A stretch of DNA of 63,441 bases, counting the filler, from Ministeria vibrans ATCC 50519 (taxonomy: Eukaryota > Protista > Filasterea): the NCBI GenBank assembly GCA_943704425.1. It is 8 parts of 8 records of this genome, joined end to end, with 100 filler letters (N's around TTAATTAATTAA, not from the genome) between each part and the next. Parts side by side here need not be neighbours in the genome. Positions count along the whole stretch, not along the records: positions 28,819 to 51,474 come from CALSCP010002427.1; 7 more parts are not named here. The stretch is one strand, 5' to 3'. The translations under genes were made by a program, and so were the position numbers. Shown piece by piece: positions 30,961 through 43,412 of this stretch; positions within the stretch are counted from its first letter, which is position 1; every line of letters begins with the position of its first letter. The notes beneath the pieces are model-generated. The model made no database searches. It was not told the DNA's origin and was given only the letters and a program-made list of their open reading frames with translations.

Positions 30961-31698
30961 TCATGCAAGTCCAGGTGGCTACAGCTTCGGGCCGGGCGCT
31001 CCCATTGGCGTGGCGGCTGCAGAGCGGCTGGCGTGTGTATTATAAGAATAATTATAAGGATATGTATGGGATACGTACGTGGGAGGGAGGGGGGGGGGGT
31101 CAGGAGCTCGAGGGTGAATTGATATCACTGGGTGGCATTGGCGGCGACGATGAAAATATAATTATTATTATAATGATAATAATAATAATAATTATTATTA
31201 TTTATTTGGAAGTCCTAGGGCAAAATCTTCATTGTACAAGACAATCTAACCATCCAAAGCGGCTGCTTCACCCCCGCATGAGCCGAAGCGGACATTCCGC
31301 CAGACAATATTATAATAATATTAAATTTATAATAATAATAATTATTATTATATTGTTATCCCGCAAGCTAGGTGGGATAAAATGCTTCATAGTGCGTGCC
31401 ATTGCAGTTGGTTGCGCGCAGTATGAGTGTCTCGGCAAGGGTCTTGCCGACCAGTGATCACGAGTTGAATCGGTATCGAGCACAGTGAAGCAGAAAGTAT
31501 TCCTGGGGCTCTATAGCGGTGGTGGATGTTGTTGACGATGTTATTGTTGACGTTCATTTGTTGTTAGGGGCTGTGGCTTTGAGATAGCTGCGCACGCCCG
31601 ACATTCACCTGAATGTATACGGCCATCGGATCAGCGCGAGTGTTATTAATGTTTATAATTTATATATATTAAATTTATTATAATATTATAATATATGC

Positions 31699-31763
31699 GT
31701 ACCTCTAGGAATTTTCGGTTGAGTTCGTTCGCGGCCTGGCTGTGTTTTCGTGTGGCGGCTGTA
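31699..31763. repeat. Dispersed degenerate repeat, copy B (inverted)
   Basis: Reverse complement TACAGCCGCCACACGAAAACACAGCCAGGCCGC...AACTCAACCGAAAATTCCTAGAGGTA matches 32296-32359. Confidence 0.8.
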
Positions 31764-32297
31764 TAATAATTATGTTCATTGATAATTAATTAAGTAATAA
31801 TAATAATAATTATTATTATTATTTTATGTATACCTGCAAGCCCTGAGCCCCTGACGGCCTGGCCATGGCCATGCATGGCAGCTGGTGGTTGGTACACATG
31901 CACGTGTCCCACCTTCGCCCTCATGCTGGATAGCACTTATCGTAACAGTCTCGGTGTTCTCTCGGTGCCGAATTTCGACGTGCATTATCTCTAGCTAGTC
32001 ACTGCTAGTGGTCTCTGCCTCTCTGGGTTTTGAGTCAGCCCGAGTCTGGGGTTTAGCCTCTCTGGAGACTTGGGATAAAGATAAATCAATTGATAGTGTG
32101 CTTTGCGCTGTTTCCTTGAATTAATGTCGAATAAACTTCCTTTGTCTATCTTCTCGTCTGATCGCGCACCAAACGCCGTTACGGGCGTTAAGTGTTAACA
32201 AACCATTAAACATCAATGTCATATAATATTATTTTAAAATAATTTATTATAATTAGGAAAATAAATAGAAGAATAATAATACAACCCATATATGATA

Positions 32298-32435
32298 CAG
32301 TCACCACGCGAAGACACAGCCAGACCGCCTTGCAAACTCAACCGAAACTCTAGAGGTAACATGGGAGAACAGTGGCGGGTCATAGTGCTGCATCGACGCT
32401 ATCCAGTGAGGCAATCGCAATGGTACGCCATACCA
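32298..32435. repeat. Dispersed degenerate repeat, copy C
   Basis: Best-conserved copy; aligns with A, B and D. Confidence 0.8.
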
Positions 32436-32688
32436 ATTAATAGAGAATCGAGAGCTGTCGTAAACAGACTATATAGAAAACAAAGAGCAGCACAATACTT
32501 CCGCCGTAGACTTCAAGACGAGAATGTCCTGAAAGAAGCCCATAGAGGCATAGACCCACTGATACACCCATGAGAAGAATACACGGAGGCACAGGTAAAT
32601 AATATTAGATTAAATTTATTTATGACGGTTGTACTTGACTATCGTTGTTACCGAACCAATAAATAATAATAATTATTTATCTTGCGCA

Positions 32689-35600
32689 ATGCGTCTGCCT
32701 TCACCTGTCGAAGTGATTGCGGCAGCGCCTGAGCAGCGCGCGACCAGAGCACTGGTGTATCTGGAACGGCTGCAAAGTGCTCTTGACAGCCGTCTCTGCT
32801 CAACGGTACACGCACGGCGCCCCTGCCCCCGCCTCCATCTCACCATGCTCTCTCTCTCCCCACCCCCGGCCGCCCCTCCCTGTAGAAATCCGTCCAGGAA
32901 GACCAGCAGACCGTCGAAGAGGCGCTTCGAGTGTTGTGGCAGTCCAGCCCGGGCCCTGCCCTCCGCCACGCCCTCTCGCGCTGTCTCTGTGATCTGTACA
33001 TCCAAGGAGAGAGCTACAAGGTATCCATCGACCATCTTACAACCAAATTGCACACAAAAGCAAAATCAAACAATCATATCAATCATAAAAAAAAAAAAAA
33101 AAATGGGTTGACGTTTGACTCAAAATATCTCTTTCGCCACAACTTGGTGTACGCGACGTGTTGCCTTGATACAACCTTGGTTGAATACACACTTGCCCGC
33201 GCGCTGAACATGCCCTGTTTCCGCTTTGCTGCAGGCGCAAGCGACAATGGGAGTCTTTCTGGACACGCTCAAGCAGAAGACAAACGACCACGGCGCACCC
33301 GAGCGCCTCTGCATGATGGAGTGTCTGGGCGCAATGCTCTCGAGTGCCCTTGCGCCCAAGCTCAAAAGCAACTACCTCGAGACGATTGGGACGCTCTTGC
33401 GCATCCTCAAGGCATCTTCCGACGTGCGCGTTCGTGTGACGGGCTGCCGTGCACTCGCAGCCGCTCTTGTGGGCGTCAACGACACCAATCCCGCCACACA
33501 CAAGGATATGCACAAGGCGTTGCGTTCGCTCATCACCGACCGCGACCCCCACGTTCGCTGTGCGGCCGCTAGATGTGCCACCGAGCTGTATGCTCGATCG
33601 CCGCGCGCTGGCGCCGCCGAGTCCAGCGACTGCCTCCAACTCACGTCGCGCGCTCTCGACGCACAAAACCCGACACGCGAGAGCCGACGTGCTGCCGCTG
33701 ACATGCTCGCGGCCGCACTGCACGCCGCCCAAAAGGCGTTTGTGCGCGCGGGCGGCGCAGCCGCAACGGTAGGTAGTGGTGGTGGCGCATCGGACACCTC
33801 CTCGATGATGTCGTCGGCACTCTCCGTGGCCGCAGCCGCTTCGGCCGCGAGCAGTGCCTCAAACAATGCCGACGACACACTCGGTGGTTCCGCCAGCTCG
33901 GGTGTGGGCGGGGACTTGTCAGGTGATCCCATGGGCGCTGGCTCAGTCGGCACGGGTGGCAGCTCGGGCGGCAATTCTACTGCTGCAGGTGGTGGTGGCG
34001 GTGGTGGTGGTGGGGGTGGTGGTTCTAGTAGTAACAATAGCGGTGCACCGCGTCTCAAGGATGGTCTGGGTCCTAGTGATGCATTGCAGTTGGTCACGGC
34101 CGCCTTTATTCGAGGCAGTGCCGAGGTGAGGGCGGGTCTCTCGTTGGCGCTCACCTCTTTCTTTGAACTGTCGGGTCCCATGTGGATCCAGCAAAACAGC
34201 TCTACCATTGTGTTGCGTCTCCTCGACCCATTGGGACACGCCAAGATCACTGCAGCGAGTGTACCCGTGGCCCATGCTGCTCGTGTGGCGCTTCATCACG
34301 CCCTCACCACAGCTCTCTCGGCACAGCTCTGCGTCGAGAGTGCACGTCTTGCCGCCGCCAAAGACCTCGGGCGTCTTGTTGGGCGTCTCATGCGCACCAT
34401 GGCAACCGAGCGACCTCGCTCCGAGTCTGTTACTCAGCAGCCAGGCTCGCCCAAGAGCGCTCGCCGCTCCTCCTCCTCCTCCACACCCGGCACGCCCACC
34501 GCTGAACCCGGCACTCCCTTTTCGCTCACGGTTCCATCGTATTCCGCGGCCGACGCTAATGTCACGGCCCACACCATTGCCGTGGCGCTGCACGTTCTTG
34601 CCGACCTTTTACACGATCTGGTGTCTATCGTCGCGCCTTTGCACGACACCATCGTGCCGGCCCTCCTAGACACACTTCACCATCCGCACTCGGTGACACG
34701 ATCGCTTGCCGCGCACTGCCTGCGTGCCTATGCTCTGGCCGTGCCCGAACGCATGAGCTCGCTCGTGTCTCTGCTGCACTCGTCCATTGCGCAACTGTGG
34801 AATATCCCACGTGCTCCCGTTGCGTCGCTCCAGGGCCATGCCCTGGCCCTCGCCACCCTTTTCAGTACGGTGCCTTGCTGTCGCTACTCCTTACCCTCGG
34901 CGCAGTTCGAATCGTCCTTGGGCCTCGTCGAGAAGGTGGTAACGCACTTTGCGACTCGTCTCACCAATGGCGAGGCCTCCGTCGGCGACGACGCATCCGA
35001 CTCGACCGAGACACGCGTTGGACTCGCTTGGACCATTCTTGCAGGCATTGTTGGTGCCGGCACCGCCTCGGTGCGCCCACTCCTGCCGCGCATCCTAGCC
35101 TTGTGGAAGCTCGGTTCGCCCGCGCTCTCGACGACGGCCAAGGCGCGCCCCCAAGAGACCGCGGGGGGTCGTGCGGGTCTCATTGCCTTTCGCTTTCGTG
35201 GCGGCGCTCTTACCTCGATCCTCTCGCTGGCACACGCCTCAAGCACGCTTGCCAACGACTCGGTTGTGCTGAAGAGCATTGTGTCTCACGCCAATGCCGC
35301 CATGGTCGCGGCAAGCGTCGCCGGAAAAGGACCCACCGCTCTGCGTGAGGTCGTGCTGCGTCTGCGACACACCACCACCGCCATTTACGGTCTGCTGAAC
35401 CCCACAGCATACGACACGGCTCACACCAGTCTGGTGCGTGGTGTCGTCGCCGATCTTACCCTCAGCACTGTCTCGGGCGACCTCACCACGCGCCAGCTGC
35501 TCAGCGAGCAGTATCAACATGGTGTGCCGAGCGACACCGCCGCGCTGAGCCACATTGACGACATTGTCTGTGGTTCGCAGGTGGACGCACTTGCTCCCGA

Positions 35601-38600
35601 GCACACTGCCACACACGACGAATCCATCGACTACGACCCACTTGCACTCGTCACTAGCGCGCCCACATCTCGACATGAGGCACGCACTCTTCCGACGTCA
35701 TTGCCCACCGAGACAGCACTGGTCGCTAGCAGTGCCCACCTCTTTGGCGTCCTTTTCCCGCACCTGTCGGCCAAGCACCGTCGTCAGCTGCTGGAACACC
35801 TTGACGGCACCTTGCGCAAACTCAAGGTGGGTAGTGCCCGCCAGATTGCGACACAGATCAATGTACTCACGGCGACGTTGGGCGCACTGCACGCACTGCG
35901 CGCACGGCAGGTACCGCTTGGACCGGCCAACGTGGTCGACAAGGCCGTCGAATTGGTGTTTGGGTGCATTGGGAGTCGTGACGATGCCGTTCGCTGCGCA
36001 GCCGCCGAGGCCGCCGGTCGCATTGCACATGTCGCCCAGGAGCAGGCAGCCGATGTCATTGCGCGTCGATGTTTGGACTCGTTGCGCACCGATCGGGATC
36101 CTCTGGCACGCTCGGGTCACTCTCTTGCCCTCGGCTGTGTTCACCAACAGGTGGGTTCAAGCATTGGTTCGCGTCATTTGAAGCCGTCGCTCGCCTTGTT
36201 GCATGCGCTTGCGACCGATCCTTCGCCTGTCGTCCAAGCCTGGGCTCTCCATGGTCTGGCCCTCGTAGTGGCTGGTGCCACCAACAGCCGTGATGGCGGC
36301 GGCGGTGGTGGTGGTGGTAAAAACGCGGGCTCGTCGGGAGCAGGAGGAGGGAGTGGTGGCGGTGGTGGTGGTGGCGGTGGTGGCGGTGGTGGAAATGGCC
36401 TGGGCAATGCCAACATCCAGCTGTTGCACCGTGTCCTTCTGAGCGAAACTCACTTTGTACAGATGGATCCGTTGCTCGCGAGCTGTGTTGGTCGCGTGCT
36501 TAATGCCGTGGCGGCCGCTCAGGGTCCCGATCTGGCCATGGACGAGGAGGGTCGACGTGCACTCAATGCCGTCGCCTATCAACTTCAGGCGCCCAGTGCG
36601 CCCAACGACGTGCGTGCGCTTGCTGTTTACTACGAGCAGCAGGTGATGCTGTTTGCTGCCGGTATGTACCGCCCCACCGAAGTGCAAGTGGCCGCGGCGG
36701 TCGCCGGCTGTCACATGGCTGCGCCGTCGTTGCGTCGTGCCAATGCCGCTATATTGCGCCAAATGGCACAGCAACACCCCAATTTAGTGGTGAACAAACG
36801 CATTGGACTTGTACACGTCGAGTCGATGTTTGTCGCGCATGCCTCTGCTCTTCACGACCCCATTACATGCGCGGATATTAACGAGGCGCTCGATAGTCTT
36901 TTGTCGACCACGGCAACCGAATTTCCCACTCGCTGGCTCACCGTCTGTCGTGCCATTATTACCGGCGAAGGCATTAGCTATGTCCCACCCTCGAAGCACT
37001 CGAATGCTGGTGAGGACGCTGCGGCGGGAGCGGCTGCAGCAGCCGCAGCCGCGGCTGCGGCGATTGCTGCGGCTACTGCTGCTGCTGCTGCTGCTGCCAC
37101 GACTTCAACGGGTGATGCTATTGGTGGTGGAATTCCGTTGCCGGATGGTATTGCAGCTGCTGCAGGTTCAGGTGGTGGTGGTAGTGGTGGGGCCGGTGAG
37201 GACGAGGACAATGCGTCTTTTGTAGGTGGTGGTGGACGCGGGGGAGACGGGGGTGTGCACGTAGTCCCTGGCTGGCAGGCCCGCACGCGAGCTGTCGAGT
37301 GTCTGCGCACGGTGATTCGGGAATGTCGTGAGTGTGGAAACAAGGAGACGCGTCGCGCACATTTTGACTTGGCGCTGGCGCGGGAGATGCAGAAAAAGCG
37401 TTCCAAGGCGGAATTTGTCGCGTTGAAGCTGACCGACTGGATTGCGGTGAGTTTCACTGCGTCGACAGCGACGGTGGACGCGTTGCGCGCGGTGGGACTG
37501 CGTCTTCTGGGGTCACTTGTCGAAGGGTTTGCGGGTGTGTCGGATCCCGATGCAGACGAAGGCACGCCTTTGCTAGAGCTGTGTCAGGCGCAAGTGATGG
37601 CGGCGCTACGACCGGCGTTTGCCGCGGGTGCGTGTCAGCCATTTGTGCTTGCCGCTGCTGCCAATGCGTGTGCGTCGTGGGTGTGTTGTCGAGCGACGGA
37701 CGACCCGCGTCGTGCCTATCAGTTGCTCGGGGTGCTTTTTGATGCGACATTGACGGAGCCACCGGAGCGGTCAAAAGGAAGTGGTGCGCTGGCGGCGGAC
37801 GAGGAAGAGATGACGACGGTCGAGGCATTGTGTGTGTTTGGCAAGACGGCGCTTACCGAGGTGCGTCTGGCGGTGAGTCACGCTTGGGCGCGCGTGCGAC
37901 AGACGGGCAAACAATGTGGTGTGGAGGTTTTGGTGGAGGCAGGTCAGTCGCGTCTGGCGGCACTTGTGGGGCAGTGGAGTGCGATTGTGCACGACTATGC
38001 AGTACTGTCGCTGCCGGCCGACCAAGCACCCGTGGGCGCCACCGGCCGTTTGTACGCGGCCGGCGGCGAAGAGTACGGACGACCGCTGTTCGCGGCGGCC
38101 TGGCTTGACTCGCTTGCAGCACTGGCGACGCTTTCGGACGAAGGTGCCTACCAGCAGGTCTTCTGGGCGTCGTCGGTGCTTGCGCCCGACGGGGGCAGTC
38201 AAGTAGTGAGCGAACGCAGCGATGATTTCCGCCTCTTTTTTGGGTTGCTTGTGCGCGAACTTTTGCAAGGGCGTGATGTCTCGGTGGTACGACAGTGTCT
38301 GCGCTCTTTGGCGCTGCTCTTTCAGAGGCAGAGGGAGACGTCGGAGGGGGAAGAAGGTGCGGCGGACCACACGGGACTGTCTACCGACGAGTTTGTTGAG
38401 CACGCGACGATGCTGCGTCAGGTGCTCGTGTCGTACACGGACGCTGAGGTGCACATTGAGTTACTTCAGGTTCTCCAGCGACTGTGCGTGGACAGCGACG
38501 GCCTTGCGACGCGCGACAGGCCGCACGAGCGCATTGACGCCGCCGCGCTCACGTGTCTGCGCGTGCTTGCCGTTCACGTTCCCTTGCTTTTTGCCGACGA

Positions 38601-39621
38601 CCAATTGTCGGCGACGACGTCTGTGACGCCGCACGATCTGGCTGCGACCTGGTCGGCGGGCACGCGCGATGTTCTTGTGCAGTCGACCTTGTTCCTCGGT
38701 GAGCTTGTGCGTCTCTCGCGCGCTTCCTCCGTTCTCTCCACCACCCTCTATTGTGTGCTCTGGCTCATGCGAGCGGACGCTGCGACCCTTGCCAGTCCCT
38801 GTGTGCGCACGCTGCGCCAGTGTCTTGCCGTGGCGGTGGCCGCCGAGCACACGTCGGCCCTGGCTGCATCCGTGCGCAGTGTTATTGCAGCACTCGGCGC
38901 GGCTACGTCAGGGCCCGACCGTTCGGCTCACCTGGCGGTTCTCGGTCTTTTTGCCATTCATGCGCCCGCCTCCACGTGGACGAGCCACGCCGATTTGGGC
39001 AGCGCTCTTGTTGCGGCCGTGCGACAGTGTCTGGCGGACGACGCGCTGCGTGTCACAGTCGTGCGAACTCTCTTGTCGCTATTGCAGCAGAGCACAAGTA
39101 ACTCCGGCACCGGCCACAACGAGATGGCACTGTCGTTTGTGCGCAGTCTTACTGTCGACGTGGTGATTGGCATGCAGCGGTTGACGGAGCCCGGGATGAA
39201 TGTGATGGCCCTGAGCGACACGGACCTGGCCTTTGTCAGCGAATGTGTGCGCTTACTTGATGAATTGGCGACGCGCGACGTGGCGACGACGAGCGGTGAA
39301 GCGGGTGGAGAGGTTCGTATGGCCATTGTGACGCTAGTCGCATTGCTGGTGCGCTGTCTGACGGTGACCAAGGAGGCGCCTGCGTCGGCCACAGCGGCTC
39401 GTCGGTTGCACCAGCTTGCCGTGCAAACACTCATTGCGGTGGGTCCCCGTCACGCTACGTCGTTCAAGGCGGCAGTGTCAGCCCTTGCGCCCGCCTTCAA
39501 GCTCACGCTCGAGTCGGCCATTCGTGACCACATGGCTGTGGGGGCGCGCAAGGCCGCTGCAACTGCGCCCACCCAGCCGTCCATTCAGCTTAAGATGGAT
39601 TTCAGTAATTTTGCAAAGTGA
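32689..39621 (+). CDS. HEATR5: HEAT repeat-containing protein 5 (HEATR5/Laa1/SWEETIE, AP-1 accessory)
   Basis: N-terminal SSPGPALRHALSRCLCDLY, internal ARSGHSLALGCVH, VQAWALHGL, PGWQARTRAVECL, QAQVMAALRPAF and C-terminal PSIQLKMDFSNF. Two short 5' introns, then a ~6.4-kb exon. Confidence 0.92.
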
Positions 39622-39909
39622 AAATAATAATAATAGTAATTATTACTATTATATTACGACTAACTCCTCGTAATTTACATAAGCTATCGCAACTCTTATA
39701 AATTATCTAATTTATTAAGTTGAAAATTAATATCATTGTCTAAATTCGAGTAATGAATTTTTCTTATTAATTTTTGATTTTATTTATTTTTTCTTCACAT
39801 CTTTGATCTTTCTTACGCATCATCATTCTCGGGCAAATTGGCTTGGTCGAGTGTTTGCCTTGAATCCGTGTGCCCGACCGACGCTCCCAGGGCGTGCAGC
39901 GTGCCCCTG

Positions 39910-42260
39910 ATGCTTCCCATTTGCGTGTCAATCGATCAGGTTCTTCCGCCCAAGTGCCTTCAGAACCCGTAAGAGTGCGTCGCAGTGCCGTCTGGCGTCG
40001 CCCGGGCTGCTGCGGCCGCCCCGTGCGCCCGCCTCACCCCCCCTCCCGCCCCCTAGGCGCTCCTACTCGGTGTATACGGTGACTGTGCGCCGCACAGACT
40101 CTCTCGACGCTCCTGAGTGGAAGCTTCGACGCCGCTACACCCAGTTCCACGCCATCTTTCTGCAGCTGCGCCACATTGAGCCTCAGCCGCGCTTTCCACC
40201 CAAAAAGGTTACTGTCCATTCATTTTTTTCCTTTCGTCTGTTTTTTTGTTTTTTTTTTCTTTTTTCTTTTTTGGCCTTTTTTGACAGTTTCTACCGTTTG
40301 TGACTGTGTTTCTGTTGGCAGCTGTTTGGCAACGCGAGCATTGAGGTGCTGGAAAGGAGGCGCGTGGAGCTGCAGGGCTACCTGCGAAGCCTGCTGGAGC
40401 ACTCGAGTCTGCCGGACTTTGTGACTCTTCTGGACGGTCTGCTGGACCTGGTGAAGCACAATGTGCCCATGCCGACGGCGTACAAGATGCCCCTGCGAGG
40501 TATCTGCACTGTCCACGGCCCCTGCTTCGTCTTCTCCTTCTCCTTTGCGCATATTCCACTATTTTGCACTTTGGACTGACATTCCTACTACTACTATTAG
40601 TGCGAGAGCCGCCGACATTTCGACTTGGTATTGACAGTGCGCGTCTGGGTCGACTGCAGGCTCTCAAGGAGCTCTCTGCGGAAGGAATGAACGTCCACGA
40701 GGTGGGCGAGCACGGTGAGACGTTGTTGCACCATGCGGCGGCGCACGGCCGGCTGTACTGTTGCGAGTGGCTGTTGGAGCAGGGGCTCGATTCAATGGCA
40801 ATGGATCGCGATGGGGACACGCCCATGCACAGTGCGGCGCTGTGGGGCCACCCCGAGTGTCTAGAGGTACTTATTGACGAGCCCGAAGTGGATATGGACG
40901 TGCGGAATCATGCGGGGCGCACGCCCTTGCACCTGTGTGCGCGTCGCAATCGTTTTGTGTGTCTCGAGATGCTGCTCCGGTCGGGCGCTACACCCGCAGT
41001 GCAGTGTAGCGAAGGGCGCACGGCCCTTCACGACGCCGCCGCGCTTGGTAACACGCTGTGTCTTGACTTGCTTGTGGCTGCGGACCGAACGATGTTGAAT
41101 GTGCGCGACGGACGCGGTGAGACCCCCGTTCATTTGGCGTGTGCGTTTGAGCAGAAAGACGCACTTGAGACACTGATCAACTACGAAGCAGACGTGACGT
41201 AAGTGTGACTGAGAGAGAGAGAGAGTGGGTCTCATGGCGTGATTGTTGGTGTTGTGTTGTAGGGTTGTGTCTGACGAGGGTGGCACTGCGGCGCACATTG
41301 CATGCGAGGTGGGGAACATTGCTCTTCTAGAGCTACTTCTGACGCGCGACCGAGACGCACTGACGCGACGCAATGCTGAGAGTGGTGCGTCGTTGTTGCA
41401 CTATGCGGCACTCAGTGACCGGCCCGAGTGTGTACACTGGCTTGTCAGTCAGCGCTCAGTCGATGTGAACGCAGTGACGCTCGAGAATGAGACAGCTGGG
41501 TTTGCCGCAGTCGGTAAGATAAAGAGCGAGAGAGCGACAGATAGTTGAAATGGGAGCTGTAGTGAATGGACATGCGGAGTGTCTTGAGGTGCTGTGTGAG
41601 AGTGGACTCGACCTGTGGCTACAGAACCAGCTGGGGGACACTGTGCTGCATGCGGCGGCGCGGGGAGGACAGCTGGCGTGTGTGGAGGTGCTGTTGCAGC
41701 GGGACGGGACAGTGAGTGGCGGGAGCAGTGACGGTGCGGGGCGCCACAAACGGCTGGTGCACATGCGCAATGCGGAAAAGATGACTGCGCTGCATTGTGC
41801 GGCGACGACGGGGGCACTGCATGCATGCGCGCTGCTGGTCGAGGCCGGGGCGAGTGTTCGTGCGCTGTGTGCAGGGGGACGCACGGCGGCGCAAGTGGCG
41901 GACTCGTTTGGCTTTGACGATTGCTACGAGTGGCTCGTGCGGCAGGAGGAGTTTGATCAGGAAAACTATCGGGCTGAAGATGATTTTGAGAGTGATGCTG
42001 AAACGTTTGAGGAGACCATGTCACGATTGAATCGGAGGAAGGCTGTTGAGGGGGAAGAAAAGGTGATGGAGGTGGAAGAAAAGGAGGAGGAGGAAGAAAA
42101 AGAAGAAGAAGAAGAAGAAAAGGAGGAAGAGGACGAGGAAGATCTGTGTGAACGCGCCAGTGACAAAATGGAAGAAAAAGAGGGTGTAAAGGAGGCTGTG
42201 AGTGATGGAGAGCGCAGGAGAGGGAAAGAAGGGGATGTTGAGAGTGCGCATGCCATGTGA
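39910..42260 (+). CDS. PX domain + ankyrin repeat protein with acidic tail
   Basis: PX: VYTVTV...RRRYTQFHAI...FPPKK|LFGN...LERRRVELQGYL. About ten ankyrin repeats (GETLLHHAA, GDTPMHSAA, GRTPLHLCA...). Confidence 0.88.
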
Positions 42261-42271
42261 GTGCGTGAATG

Positions 42272-42306
<35 letters not shown>

Positions 42307-42852
42307 TATAATAATAATAATAATAATAGTAATAATGATAATAATTTTTTATTATTATTAATTTTCAAGTAAAGTTATACGAGAGAAAAATGTCGTGCTG
42401 TTGTATTATTTAGTAGTCGAAATATCATTGAGCTTTTTGTACTTTCACTGATTTTTTGAGTACATGCACTGCCTTGTAGATTGCAGGAGACCTTGTCTGA
42501 GCAATGAATTGGCAAAGATCTGCGATCGAATTTGTTACAACTAATCGCTAGTTGAGTGTTTTTGAGTGCACTACTTGCAATAATGCACCGCTTCGCTTCG
42601 AAGGCAACAGGAGCAGTATCCAATTAGAGTTTGCAAGTTGTACAAAGAGAACTCGTTTAAGTTTGGATTACTATAATTTGTGGGATCTTGTATCTGGCGT
42701 GTGTCGTCAAGGCACACAACATTGCCAGATACCTTAGTTTCTGATTTGGAAGTCGACAATGATAAAATATAGGTGTTGTAAGAAAGACGCAAAGAGAGAT
42801 ATATAGAGAGAGAAAGAAACAAAGTGGAGAGTAAAAGTGGAGGGAGAGAGAA

Positions 42853-43377
42853 TCACTGGAGGTCAGGGGGACCATTGACGCCCGTGGCATAGTCAAAGTC
42901 GGACGGAGCCGGAGGAACCTCGGGACGGGTGTCGGGCACATCGACATTCTCCAGGTTGAGCATCTGCAGCTTCATTTCCAGGTCAAGCAGCTGTTCGACG
43001 TCATCGAGCGTCGTCTGGCACTCGAGATCCTACCATAATTGTGAAAAAAAGGATTTTATCTTGTCTGAGTACACACACACACACAATATTAAAAATGATA
43101 AAAAAAAAAGTACCTGATTAAGCAGTGCGCGCAGTCCGTCCGTCCACGTCTCAAAGCTCTTCTTGGTAATGGCAACCAAGTCGACTGCCTCTTCATTGTC
43201 CAGCATCAGCGTAAACGTCACTTCCATCACTTCGTCGCTCACCTAAAAACAACGCACACACAATTTATCAGTACACATGTATAGATTGGTCTCGTTTGTG
43301 TTTACTTTATTCTTGCGAGTGGTAAACACTGCACATTCCTTTCCAGTTGTAAAGTAGCGAATGTCAATGATGGGGAC

Positions 43378-43412
<35 letters not shown>

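Noticed and set aside
31365-31460. Minus-strand peptide ...NGTHYEAF resembling the His motif of OTU proteases
   Set aside because: Too short, flanked by stops, and no upstream Cys motif found.
33372-39434. Many overlapping antisense and alternate-frame ORFs within HEATR5 (likewise in KIBRA, kinesin and HMGR)
   Set aside because: Expected shadow ORFs of GC-rich coding sequence.
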